Part shown: in pieces, positions 49,344 to 58,701 of the stretch
How positions within the stretch are numbered: the stretch's first letter is position 1
Layout: every line of letters starts with the position of its first letter
From: Deltaproteobacteria bacterium
Lineage (GTDB): Bacteria; Desulfobacterota; Desulfobacteria; Desulfobacterales; QNYZ01
DNA: 64,000 nt
NCBI GenBank assembly: GCA_003973265.1
Contig: QNYZ01000036.1
Location: 3,434-67,433 of the forward strand
Direction: 5' to 3'
Translations under genes and position numbers: made by a program
Notes under the pieces: model-generated
The model's database searches: none
Seen by the model: the letters and a program-made list of their open reading frames with translations, nothing else
What the model was told of the DNA's origin: nothing

Positions 49344-49802
49344 TTACCATACCTCGGTATAGGCAATATCCACAAAGCTTTGTTCCATCTTAAATTTATG
49401 CGCTCTTTCCATGGAAGCAAGGTCGAGAAAGACGGCTTTTAATTCCGGGTTCTCGCAATTTTCTGCAAGGCTGGTATATTTTTTCATGGCGATCTCTTCG
49501 CTTTTCATGGCGAGTGCGATGGCTTCCTTCAGGTCCATTTCATCATTGACTTCAGGCATTTCAATCGTTTCCGACACCTTGTAATCTTTTTCAAAGTCAA
49601 AATGGAGGCGTTGCAGTTTCCCCTGATTTAAAATATCGTTTAAAATTATCTCATGTTTCTCTTCTTCTTTGGAAAATTTCTCAAACACCCCCTGGAGGTA
49701 CGGATCTTTTATCTTCTTTGAAATTTTAGCGTAAAATTCCTTGGCTTCAATTTCATTTTTAATGGCATCTGAAATCACACTTTTGTATTCTTCAAAATCC
49801 AT
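49344..49802 (-). CDS. Ferritin-like / rubrerythrin-family diiron protein (no rubredoxin domain)
   Basis: EIEAKEFY..EEEKH and EEIAMKKY..ERAH repeats. Confidence 0.88.
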   Translation of the reverse strand: MDFEEYKSVISDAIKNEIEAKEFYAKISKKIKDPYLQGVFEKFSKEEEKHEIILNDILNQGKLQRLHFDFEKDYKVSETIEMPEVNDEMDLKEAIALAMKSEEIAMKKYTSLAENCENPELKAVFLDLASMERAHKFKMEQSFVDIAYTEVW

Positions 49803-50060
49803 GGCGGCCCTCCTGACGATGATATTCAAAATGATTTGTCCCACGAATCAAAATTTAGCTTTAATGTCTAAATGTCAATATTTCTAGATATCTTATCTTA
49901 TAAGAAATGTGACTGCAAGCAGAATGGATTTTTTCATGGACAGGGTAAATCTGAGGCCGGCCCGTGGATATGGTGCCTGATTTGTCGCTCTTTCCTGATA
50001 AAGGATCTGAAAAAGCTGCCGGACGATCATTTGTGTCCGGCAGCCGCGATACGCCTTTTT

Positions 50061-50789
50061 TTACAGGTCGAATACCAGTGAATGGACCTTCCCGGTTTCC
50101 TTTTCAATCAATTGAATTCTCAGTTTTCGAACGGATGTGGCCTCGCCGGGGAAAAACAGCACGCCGTAAGCCAGCGATCCAGGTGAAATCTCTTTGTTTT
50201 CCAGCGATTTGGAACGAAGATCCTGGGCAATATAGTGCATGGCCTGGTTGTCGCTATAGCCTTCAATACCGCCCATGGTCCCGCCGGCTGCCCCGCCGAC
50301 CGCAGCCCCCTTGCCGATTGCCTCAAGGACATCCTCGCCGGTGACAATGCCGACCGCCGCACCGATCACCGCCCCGGCCACGGCACCCAGCAGGCCTTTT
50401 TGGGCTCCCTGTTTGAATGCTTCGTTCGTATGGGCGTATTTGGTGGCGCGTTCATGGGCGATGGCCTGGTTCAATATCGGCCACAGGTTGCCGTCTGATT
50501 CTTCCAGCAGGGCCTCTGCGGCATTCATTTCCAGGTGGTTCGTTCCCTGGTTATCAATGATTACCTGGACCGGGAGGATACCGGCCCCGCGAATATCAAA
50601 TCCAAAGGCCTTCCATGCCGTTTCGTTGTCGACATACGCCCGGGCGGCAATTTGGACGCCATCCAGCGTTACCACGTTCGGGTATGCCGATGGCGCCTTG
50701 AAGGGAATGGGTGTCGCTTTATATGCGGTGGCACAGCCGGATATAACAAAGGCAATCAAAACAACGATGATAGATACTGATTTTTTCAT
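50061..50789 (-). CDS. Lipoprotein with glycine-zipper segment
   Basis: Lipobox VISGC; GLLGAVAGAVIGAAVG..GAAVGGAAGG. Confidence 0.75.
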   Translation of the reverse strand: MKKSVSIIVVLIAFVISGCATAYKATPIPFKAPSAYPNVVTLDGVQIAARAYVDNETAWKAFGFDIRGAGILPVQVIIDNQGTNHLEMNAAEALLEESDGNLWPILNQAIAHERATKYAHTNEAFKQGAQKGLLGAVAGAVIGAAVGIVTGEDVLEAIGKGAAVGGAAGGTMGGIEGYSDNQAMHYIAQDLRSKSLENKEISPGSLAYGVLFFPGEATSVRKLRIQLIEKETGKVHSLVFDL

Positions 50790-50967
50790 TTTTTCTCCTT
50801 AAAGATAACTGTCTGGCATGGCATGTTTCTATCAAACAGGATATGGACCGGGTTTCGGGTTCGTCATTCTCTTTGACAGGATGACGATGATATCGACTTT
50901 TGTCAACCGGTTACGGGGCTGTCGAGTGTTGTCATACGATCTAATCCGTTTATTCATATTGCCCCCT

Positions 50968-51951
50968 TCAGCTCCGGTAATAAAAAGTCTCCCCGTGATT
51001 CAGGGGGATATAGCGATCCAGCAGCCCGGCTGATTCAAGTTCCCGGCGAAGTTCAATGGGGGGAAGGTAAACCGGTTCATTGCCCAGCCGGAAAGTTCCC
51101 CAGTGGACAATGATCAGGCGTCTGGCGCCCAACTCTTGAAATGCCTGCACGGTTTCCGCCGGGTCAAGGTGCTGATTTTTCATGAACCAGCGAGGGGCAT
51201 AGGCGCCCAGGTTGATAATGGCCAGATCAATGGAAAACTCTTTTCCGATATCACGGAAACCATCGAAATAGGCCGTATCTCCCGAGACATAAATAGTGGG
51301 GCCGCTGGCGGTCTTTATCAGGTACGATCCCCACAAGGATCGGTTGGGGCCGGTGACGGGATTACGCATCGTCCAGTGCTGGCAGGGAAGCAGGGTGATT
51401 TCCCGTTTTCCCTGCCGAAAGGATTCAAACCAGTCCAGATGGGTCCGGTTTTTCATCGACAGACCATTAAAAATATCGTTGTAACCCAGGGGTGAAATCA
51501 GGTGGGTCTCCCTGGAAAATGACGCCAGCGTCGGTTTGTCCAGATGGTCGTAATGACCATGGGAAATCAGGATATGATCGGGCCGGGGCATCTCTTTGAC
51601 CGCATGGGTCAGGGGGGTAAAATCCTTGATGAAAAAGTTAAGTCCGAAAAAAACAGGATCAACGAGAAAATATGTCTCCATATCCTTGATCATCAGACTG
51701 GCGTGATTTAAAAAGGTAACCGATAGTCCCTTTCCCTGTTTTACCGGCGTCCAGTCAATGGAAACCGGCATTTCGCGTTCTTTATTATACTCTGTTTTGA
51801 AATGATTTTTTGCAAAGAATTTCCACTTTAAAACCGGCCAGATACTTCCGGGAACTTTATCAATAAACGGGCTTATGAAATGATCCCCGTTATGATGAAT
51901 TTTTTTCCGCGCCATCTCTTTCAGCGACAACCCCTTCCATTCGGCGGTCAT
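50968..51951 (-). CDS. MBL-fold hydrolase (NAPE-PLD/RomA-like)
   Basis: SHGHYDHLD, QHWTMR, GDTAY, GAYAPRWFM, VHWGTF. Confidence 0.9.
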   Translation of the reverse strand: MTAEWKGLSLKEMARKKIHHNGDHFISPFIDKVPGSIWPVLKWKFFAKNHFKTEYNKEREMPVSIDWTPVKQGKGLSVTFLNHASLMIKDMETYFLVDPVFFGLNFFIKDFTPLTHAVKEMPRPDHILISHGHYDHLDKPTLASFSRETHLISPLGYNDIFNGLSMKNRTHLDWFESFRQGKREITLLPCQHWTMRNPVTGPNRSLWGSYLIKTASGPTIYVSGDTAYFDGFRDIGKEFSIDLAIINLGAYAPRWFMKNQHLDPAETVQAFQELGARRLIIVHWGTFRLGNEPVYLPPIELRRELESAGLLDRYIPLNHGETFYYRS

Positions 51952-52095
51952 TTACCCTCCTTTTTCCGTAGTATGAGAAATATTGAGACGTCCGCCAGAA
52001 GACAAAAGGCTCGATATCGTTAGTATCTTTCCCCCAAAATAATCTTTTTAATGAATCGCCGATGGGTCATGATCGGGCGCTTTTTGCCGCTTCAG

Positions 52096-52349
52096 TTATT
52101 TTCCTAAGACCGATCCTCCCTTCGCTGTCAGGGAGTAGATGTGTCGATCCGGTTTGCTCTCTTTTGTTTTTCAACCGACCGGGTGGCCAGTTCCTGATCG
52201 GCCAATCGTTTGAGAATCGGGTAAATTTGGCCGTAACTCCCGTTCCGGAAATTGCCGGTAATTTTTTCAAATTTCTTCATGATATCATAGCTGGACACGG
52301 CCCCCATGCCAAGCAGGCCCAATACGGCGTATCTGCTGTTTTCTCTCAT
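52096..52349 (-). pseudogene. PadR-family regulator pseudogene
   Basis: YAVLGLL..SYGQIYPILKRL..VEKQ, then a frameshift near 52160 into KPDRHIYSLTAKG and a premature TAA. Confidence 0.8.
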
Positions 52350-52486
52350 CGTTTGTTTCCAGGCGTAATTATATATCTAAACAAGATCTATCTTTAAGAT
52401 ACAGATAGCGATTGATTTTGTCACGGTTATATTCAGGTGGTATCTTTTGATCCATCGCCATCATTTAAGGAAATAACAATTACAAT

Positions 52487-52540
52487 TATTTGCGCATATC
52501 AGCCACATATTGATGATATGCGCAAATATCTCATTTGCGC
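52487..52540. promoter_or_regulatory. Putative sigma54 enhancer (upstream activator sequence)
   Basis: Perfect TATTTGCGCATATCA-N12-TGATATGCGCAAATA plus a third ATTTGCGC core at 52533. Confidence 0.65.
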
Positions 52541-52623
52541 CGATGATCAACCGCCGAGTAGAAGCAAGCATCCGGGCAGACATTATCGATGTTTCAGTAC
52601 AACGGGCATCATTCAGAATTTTC

Positions 52624-52638
52624 TGGCACGGTGTTTGC
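52624..52638 (+). promoter_or_regulatory. Sigma54 (-24/-12) promoter
   Basis: TGGCAC-GGTGT-TTGC, exact consensus spacing, in an intergenic region facing the HlyC gene. Confidence 0.78.
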
Positions 52639-52762
52639 GTTCAGATGGGTGAACAGTTACCTCCTGCGCCTGCCGGCCAACCACCCGGAGCGGCCCACTG
52701 AGCCCGGCAAAATTTTGAGGGTGGATTGATTGGCATTTTGACGAGATTCTGAATGAGAGCTG

Positions 52763-53281
52763 ATGATGGAAAATTCAAAGCCGGACGATAAAAAAGAGCG
52801 GAGAAAGTCCCCCCTGGAAAATATTAACGGCCAGGTTTTCGAAAAATACAAAGAAGTGTTGAAGCGATTGCCCGACATCGGTCCGGTTTTGATGCTTTAT
52901 ATGCAGTCGGGTCACCGAAAATTTAACTTTATCAGCGATCTGGAATGGCTTTTGCTGCCGCCATTGATGCTGAAACAATGTAAATTGTATACGGAAAAGG
53001 GATTTCCAGTCAGCTATATTTCATGGGCCTTTCTCAATGAAACGGTAGAAAAACGTCTGATCAAGAACTGCGGCCGACTGTCGCCGGAAGACTGGAAATC
53101 CGGAAGCCGGTTGTGGTTGATTGACGTGGTGGCGCCGTTTGGCGGGGTTGAGCGAATGCTGGCCGACATCCGATTCAATCTTTTTCCGGATCGGCCTGTC
53201 CGGATTCTGGCCCGGGATCCGGCCACCGGTGGTGTCCACCTTCGAGAGTTGCCAATACCTGCAAAAAAGGAAGCAGATTGA
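52763..53281 (+). CDS. HlyC-family RTX toxin-activating lysine acyltransferase
   Basis: DLEWLLLPPL, PVSYISWAFL, EDWKSGSRLWLIDVVAPFGG. Confidence 0.88.
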   Translation: MMENSKPDDKKERRKSPLENINGQVFEKYKEVLKRLPDIGPVLMLYMQSGHRKFNFISDLEWLLLPPLMLKQCKLYTEKGFPVSYISWAFLNETVEKRLIKNCGRLSPEDWKSGSRLWLIDVVAPFGGVERMLADIRFNLFPDRPVRILARDPATGGVHLRELPIPAKKEAD

Positions 53282-53411
53282 GGCCGCGGGCGTGACAGGA
53301 ACAGGCGGAAAACAAACCCAAGGGGCTATTGGCAGATCCTGGGCAGGCCGGGGTTTTCCCGGTGTAATTATTGATCACCCTCTTTGGCGGGCGGGCTGGA
53401 AAATTTCAAAA

Positions 53412-54572
53412 TCATCCCAGCAGATCCAACGCGGTTCGGCAATACATTTCAACACCCGTGGCCAGGATTTTTTCGTTAAAATCAAACCGGGCGTTATGGA
53501 TGGGCGATCCATTTTCACGGCCGGTTCCCAGGCAGAAGAAGCATCCCTTTGATCGTTCCAGGAAATAGGCCATGTCTTCGGCACCCATGGATGGGTTTGG
53601 TACAAGGGTCTGCTCTTTTCCCACGGTTGCCTCGGCACACCGACGTACCACCCTTGTCATTTCCGGATCGTTGATTAGCGGCGGGAATCCTTTTTCGAAC
53701 TTAAACTCGTATTGTGCATCCATGGCATTGCAGATTCCGGCAATAATCTTTTCGAGCCGCGAAGGCCAGGAATCCCAGACCTCTCGATCAAAGGTCCGCG
53801 TCGTGCCGCTCATCGTGGCGGTGTCGGGGATAACGTTAAATACAGTACCCGCATGAAAACTGCCCACGGTCACCACGGTCGGCGTGAGCGGGTTTATATG
53901 CCGGCTGGTAATTCGTTGAAGGGCGCCCACGACCTGACAACCGATCTCAAGGGCATCGACACACTGGTGGGGATAGGCGCCGTGACCGCCTTTGCCGATA
54001 ACAGTCAAATCAAATTGATCCATGGCAGCCATTAATACCCCGTCGCGCACGCCGATGGTCCCTTCCGGAATATCGGGCCAGACATGACATCCCACAGAAT
54101 AATCAACGGCCGGGTTTTTCATCACACCTTCCTCGATCATCGGCAGAGCGCCACCCGGCCCTTCCTCGGCCGGTTGAAAGACAAACCGGACCGTCCCGGA
54201 AAGCTGATCAGACAGCTCACAGATAATCTTTGCGGCGGTCAACACCATCGCCATATGCGCATCATGCCCGCAGGCGTGCATCACGCCATCATTCGTGGAG
54301 GAAAAGGGCCGGCCCGTCTTTTCGGTGATGGGCAGGGCGTCCATATCGGCCCGGATAAGCAGGTTTAACCCCGGTCTGCCGGTATCGAGAAATCCGACCA
54401 CGCCATACCCGGCAATGCCGGTTCGAAGGTCAAGCGGTAATTTATTCAGACAGTCGGTGACATACGCAGCCGTTTTTTCTTCGGAAAAGGCCAGTTCCGG
54501 AATACGATGCAAAAACCGACGATGCTCGACCACTTTCGACAGGTTTTTTTGGGCGATTTGTTTAATATTCAT
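53412..54572 (-). CDS. M20D amidohydrolase
   Basis: HRIPELAFSE, RADMDAL, MHACGHDAH, FQPAEE, GAEDM. Confidence 0.92.
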   Translation of the reverse strand: MNIKQIAQKNLSKVVEHRRFLHRIPELAFSEEKTAAYVTDCLNKLPLDLRTGIAGYGVVGFLDTGRPGLNLLIRADMDALPITEKTGRPFSSTNDGVMHACGHDAHMAMVLTAAKIICELSDQLSGTVRFVFQPAEEGPGGALPMIEEGVMKNPAVDYSVGCHVWPDIPEGTIGVRDGVLMAAMDQFDLTVIGKGGHGAYPHQCVDALEIGCQVVGALQRITSRHINPLTPTVVTVGSFHAGTVFNVIPDTATMSGTTRTFDREVWDSWPSRLEKIIAGICNAMDAQYEFKFEKGFPPLINDPEMTRVVRRCAEATVGKEQTLVPNPSMGAEDMAYFLERSKGCFFCLGTGRENGSPIHNARFDFNEKILATGVEMYCRTALDLLG

Positions 54573-54595
54573 GGTAACTCCAATGATTCCTGTTA

Positions 54596-55639
54596 TTAAA
54601 AACGATTTTCTTCCACCGCATGACAGGCGACGCGGCGGTTTTTCCCGTCTGCCCGTAACATCGGTACTTCTCTTAAGCAACGATCATTTTTCAATTGGCA
54701 GCGGGGATGAAAGGTACACCCGCTGGGCGGATTCAGCGGGTTGGGAATTTCGCCCTGAACCGGCGACCGGGTGCGTCCGGTCATCAGGATATCAGGAATG
54801 GTATCGAATAGCAGCCGGGTATAAGGATGCCGCGGATGATCGAACAGCTCATCCGCCGGGGCAACCTCACACAGGCGGCCCAGATACATTACACCCACCC
54901 GGTGGGCCATGTGGCGCACGACGGCCAGGTCGTGAGAGATAAATAGATACGACAAACCCAATTGTTCCTGAAGATCTTTCATCAGGTTTAAAATCTGGGC
55001 CTGGACGGAGACATCCAGCGCCGAGGTCGGTTCGTCACAAACAATAAAATCAGGCTCACTGGCCAGAGCCCGGGCAATGGAAATACGCTGCCGCTGGCCA
55101 CCGGAAAATTCATGAGGAAATTTATCCCCGTCCCGGGCGGTCAAACCGACCTGGCGCAGCAACTCGGCAGTGCGAGTTAAAACAGCCTCTTTTTTCTGAA
55201 GCAGGCCAAACGCCCGGATCGGCTCGCTCACAATCCGGGTAACTCGCCAGCGGGGATTTAAACTGGCATAGGGATCCTGAAAAATCATGGCCATGCGGCG
55301 ACGCAGCTTCAGCGCTTCGGATCGGTCCGCCAGGGAGGCCATATCAATACCGTCAAAGTAGATCTTCCCGGCGGTAGGGGTATAAAGCCCTACGACCATA
55401 TAGGCGACCGTTGATTTGCCGCATCCAGACTCGCCCACCAGAGCGAAGGTTTCTCCCGAATTGATAGAGAAAGCAACGCCATCTACGGCCTTTAAAAATT
55501 GACGGGGAATCCGTTCAATTAAACGGTTCATAAAGGGTTTGGATACATCAAAGCGGCACTTCAGGCCGGTGGCTTTCAACAGCGGTTTTGTGTCGGTTAC
55601 GGGCATCGACTTTTCATTCGGGTTGATGGGTGTCATCAT
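54596..55639 (-). CDS. Peptide ABC transporter ATP-binding protein (DppF/OppF)
   Basis: GESGCGKST, FSGGQRQR, C-terminal CTFHPRC..VACH. Confidence 0.92.
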   Translation of the reverse strand: MMTPINPNEKSMPVTDTKPLLKATGLKCRFDVSKPFMNRLIERIPRQFLKAVDGVAFSINSGETFALVGESGCGKSTVAYMVVGLYTPTAGKIYFDGIDMASLADRSEALKLRRRMAMIFQDPYASLNPRWRVTRIVSEPIRAFGLLQKKEAVLTRTAELLRQVGLTARDGDKFPHEFSGGQRQRISIARALASEPDFIVCDEPTSALDVSVQAQILNLMKDLQEQLGLSYLFISHDLAVVRHMAHRVGVMYLGRLCEVAPADELFDHPRHPYTRLLFDTIPDILMTGRTRSPVQGEIPNPLNPPSGCTFHPRCQLKNDRCLREVPMLRADGKNRRVACHAVEENRF

Positions 55640-56603
55640 AAAGCCAGCAGGCCACCTGGACAGGGCCGTTTTTGATTAAGTTCGGTCGTTTTTCCCGACA
55701 AATGGCCATACACTTCGGACAGCGGGGATGAAATGCACACCCGCCGGGGATGTCAGTTAATCGCGGCATGTTGCCGTCAATCTGGACCAACCGCGATTGA
55801 TGTTGATGAAGCGACGGAATGGCATTCATCAGCCCCCGTGCATATGGATGGGTCGCTTGTTTCACAACCCGCCTTACCGTGCCGACTTCTACTAACCTTC
55901 CGGCATACATCACCGCTACGCGATCCGCAGTTTCGGCGATGACCCCCATGTCGTGTGTGATAAGAATAACAGCTGCCCCGTACTCGGCGCACAATTGCTT
56001 GAGCAGGGCGATAATCTGGGCCTGGATGGAAACATCGAGTGCCGTGGTCGGCTCGTCTGCAATAATCAGCGCGGGATTTACGCAAAGCGCCAGGGCAATA
56101 ACCACGCGCTGACGCATCCCGCCGGAAAATTGATAGGGGTAATGGTCTATTCGACTTTCCGCCGCCGGAATGCCAACTTCTTCCAGCAGGTGGACGGCGT
56201 GCGAACGGGCCCTGGAAGCAGACATATCGGTATGAGTCTGGATCGTTTCCACCAGTTGCTGGCCGACGGTATACAGCGGATTCAGGCTGGTGAGCGGGTC
56301 CTGGAAAATCATCCCGATCTGTTTGCCCCGGATTTTCCGCATCTGGGCATAGGGCAAATTGTCTATCCGGCGGCCGCTTAAAGCGATATGGCCAGCGGTG
56401 ATGTGGCCGGGGGGTTCCAGTAGCCCGATAATGGCCTGCCCGGTCAGAGATTTTCCGGCGCCCGATTCTCCCACGATGCCGAACACCTCTCCGGGAGCAA
56501 TGGCAAAAGAAATATCTTCTACGGCGACCAAAGGCCCCCTTCGGGTGGCAAATTCGATGCGGAGATGGTCAACGGTGAGTAGTGGTACTGTCATCCCCGT
56601 CAT
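55614..56603 (-). CDS. Peptide ABC transporter ATP-binding protein (DppD/OppD)
   Basis: GESGAGKS, FSGGMRQR, DEPTTALD. Confidence 0.92.
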   Translation of the reverse strand: MTGMTVPLLTVDHLRIEFATRRGPLVAVEDISFAIAPGEVFGIVGESGAGKSLTGQAIIGLLEPPGHITAGHIALSGRRIDNLPYAQMRKIRGKQIGMIFQDPLTSLNPLYTVGQQLVETIQTHTDMSASRARSHAVHLLEEVGIPAAESRIDHYPYQFSGGMRQRVVIALALCVNPALIIADEPTTALDVSIQAQIIALLKQLCAEYGAAVILITHDMGVIAETADRVAVMYAGRLVEVGTVRRVVKQATHPYARGLMNAIPSLHQHQSRLVQIDGNMPRLTDIPGGCAFHPRCPKCMAICREKRPNLIKNGPVQVACWLYDDTHQPE

Positions 56604-57565
56604 CTTAGTTTCGGGTTAAGCGCATCGCGCAGCCAGTCGCCCAGCAGGTTCACGGACAATACCAGTACCGCCAGGAAAATGCTGGGAAAAATCGTAATCC
56701 ACCATTCACCGGAAAATAAAAAATCGTTTCCAATCCGGATAAGCGTTCCCAAGGATGGCTCGGTGGGCGGCACCCCGACGCCAAGAAAAGAGAGCGTGGC
56801 CTCGGTGATGATTGCCACGGCCAGATGGATGGTGGCAATAACCAATACCGGCCCCATAACGTTGGGAAGGATATGACGCCACATAATTAAACCCGGCCGG
56901 ATACCGATGACCCGGGCAGCCTGGACATATTCCTTGTTTTTTTCCACCATCGTGGAACTTCTCACCGTCCGGGCGTATTGGACCCAGCCGGAGATCCCGA
57001 TGGAAAAAATTAAGACACTGACCGAGAGTCGTTCCACATCGGTACCGGGGATCATGGTGCGCATGATTCCATCTACCAGAAGCGCAATTAAAATAGCCGG
57101 AAAACTGATTTGAATCTCGGCGACCCGCATGATGACGGCATCCACTGTACCGCCGATATACCCGGATATCACGCCCAGGCTGACACCGAGCGTCAGAGAA
57201 AAGATCACGCTTGAAAACCCCACCAGAAGAGAAATACGTGAACCGTAAAGAATGGCAGAAAAAAGATCGCGTCCCTGATCGTCGGTTCCCAGCATATAGC
57301 GGCTGTCACCTCCGGCATCCCAGGCCGGGGGAATATGGGAATCGAGCAGGTCGAGGCTGGCCATATCAAAGGGGTTTTGGGGGGCAATCCATGAGGCACC
57401 TGCAGCACTGATAAATATCAGCAACGTGATGATGGATGCAATGATGGTTATCGGTGACTGTCGGTAGGAATAAAAGATATCACCATCAAAGAAACGTTTC
57501 AGGGTGTCGGTCAGGCGATGCCACCGGGTGGGCGCAAGGGAATTCGTCGGCACTGGTTTATGCAT
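56600..57565 (-). CDS. Peptide ABC transporter permease (DppC/OppC)
   Basis: LGTDDQGRD, EYVQAAR, EATLSFLG. Confidence 0.92.
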   Translation of the reverse strand: MHKPVPTNSLAPTRWHRLTDTLKRFFDGDIFYSYRQSPITIIASIITLLIFISAAGASWIAPQNPFDMASLDLLDSHIPPAWDAGGDSRYMLGTDDQGRDLFSAILYGSRISLLVGFSSVIFSLTLGVSLGVISGYIGGTVDAVIMRVAEIQISFPAILIALLVDGIMRTMIPGTDVERLSVSVLIFSIGISGWVQYARTVRSSTMVEKNKEYVQAARVIGIRPGLIMWRHILPNVMGPVLVIATIHLAVAIITEATLSFLGVGVPPTEPSLGTLIRIGNDFLFSGEWWITIFPSIFLAVLVLSVNLLGDWLRDALNPKLR

Positions 57566-58547
57566 GTCCACCTGCTCTGCCCATATCAACCCGCAACCGG
57601 GGATCGACCACATAATACAGAATATCAACAATCAGGTTGATCACTACAAAAAAGAATGCCACCAGAATCAGATAGGCAGCCATGATGGGGATATCCACAT
57701 TGTGAATCGCCTGGAGAAACATCAGCCCCATACCGGGCCACTGAAAAACCGTTTCGGTAATAATGGCAAATGCAATGATCGATCCGAGCTGGAGCCCCGT
57801 GATGGTAATAACCGGGACCAGCGTGTTTTTCAGGGCATGGCCGAAATGAATGGCCCGGTCGGTGAGTCCTCGCGCCCGGGCAAACTTGATGTAATCGGTC
57901 CGGAGGACCTCGAGCATTTCCGAGCGGACCAGTCGCATGATCAGGGTCAATTGAAACAGGCCCAGGGTCACGGCCGGCATGATCAGCGCTTTCAGACCGG
58001 TTTGGGTCAGCAGGCCAGTGGTCCACCAGCCCAAGTGAACCACATCCCCCCGGCCATACGACGGCAGCCATCCAAGGATCACGGCAAAAATAAAAATCAG
58101 GAGAATCCCGATTAGAAAGGTCGGCAGCGATACGCCCACAAGGGAAAAAGCCATAAAGAGCCGGCTGAGCCATCCCTTGGGCTTTAATCCCGTATATACA
58201 CCCATGGGCAGCCCGATCACCAGGGCCAGAAACGCCGCCACAAAGGAGAGCTCCAGTGTCGCCGGTAATCTTTCCTTAAAAAGCTCGGTAACAGGTCGCT
58301 TGTGCTGGTAGGAGAGGCCAAATTCTAACCGGGCGGTATTGCCCACAAACCGGATGAACTGGACGACCGCCGGGTCATTTAAGCCGAGATCTTCACGCAG
58401 TTTTGCCCGCTCAGCAAACGAGGTTTCAATCCCCACCATCTGGTGAACCGGATCACCCACATAATTAAACATGAGGAACGCCACCATCGCCACGAAAAAC
58501 ATGACAACCAGGGACTGGATCAGTCTGCGGATAATGAATGCGAGCAT
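57558..58547 (-). CDS. Peptide ABC transporter permease (DppB/OppB)
   Basis: RLPATLEL, DYIKFARARGL, ETVFQWPGMG. Confidence 0.92.
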   Translation of the reverse strand: MLAFIIRRLIQSLVVMFFVAMVAFLMFNYVGDPVHQMVGIETSFAERAKLREDLGLNDPAVVQFIRFVGNTARLEFGLSYQHKRPVTELFKERLPATLELSFVAAFLALVIGLPMGVYTGLKPKGWLSRLFMAFSLVGVSLPTFLIGILLIFIFAVILGWLPSYGRGDVVHLGWWTTGLLTQTGLKALIMPAVTLGLFQLTLIMRLVRSEMLEVLRTDYIKFARARGLTDRAIHFGHALKNTLVPVITITGLQLGSIIAFAIITETVFQWPGMGLMFLQAIHNVDIPIMAAYLILVAFFFVVINLIVDILYYVVDPRLRVDMGRAGGHA

Positions 58548-58701
58548 ATGTCAGGCCAGAAATAATACCCGTTCGGGTATTGAGCTTTAAGTATCGCCAG
58601 CAGATCCAACCGCATCCGCCGGTTCAACAGGCCGTGCCGGAACACCCGTCAACAATATTGAACAGGTTGCCGGCAACGGCATATTCAGGGGGAAAAACGG
58701 C

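Noticed and set aside
52645..52762. HlyC leader as a c-di-GMP riboswitch or Pro-rich leader peptide (MGEQLPPAPAGQPPGAAH)
   Set aside because: The GGCAAA is not followed by the GAAA-loop/GCAAAG GEMM pattern, and the ATG lies at or before the predicted sigma54 start site.
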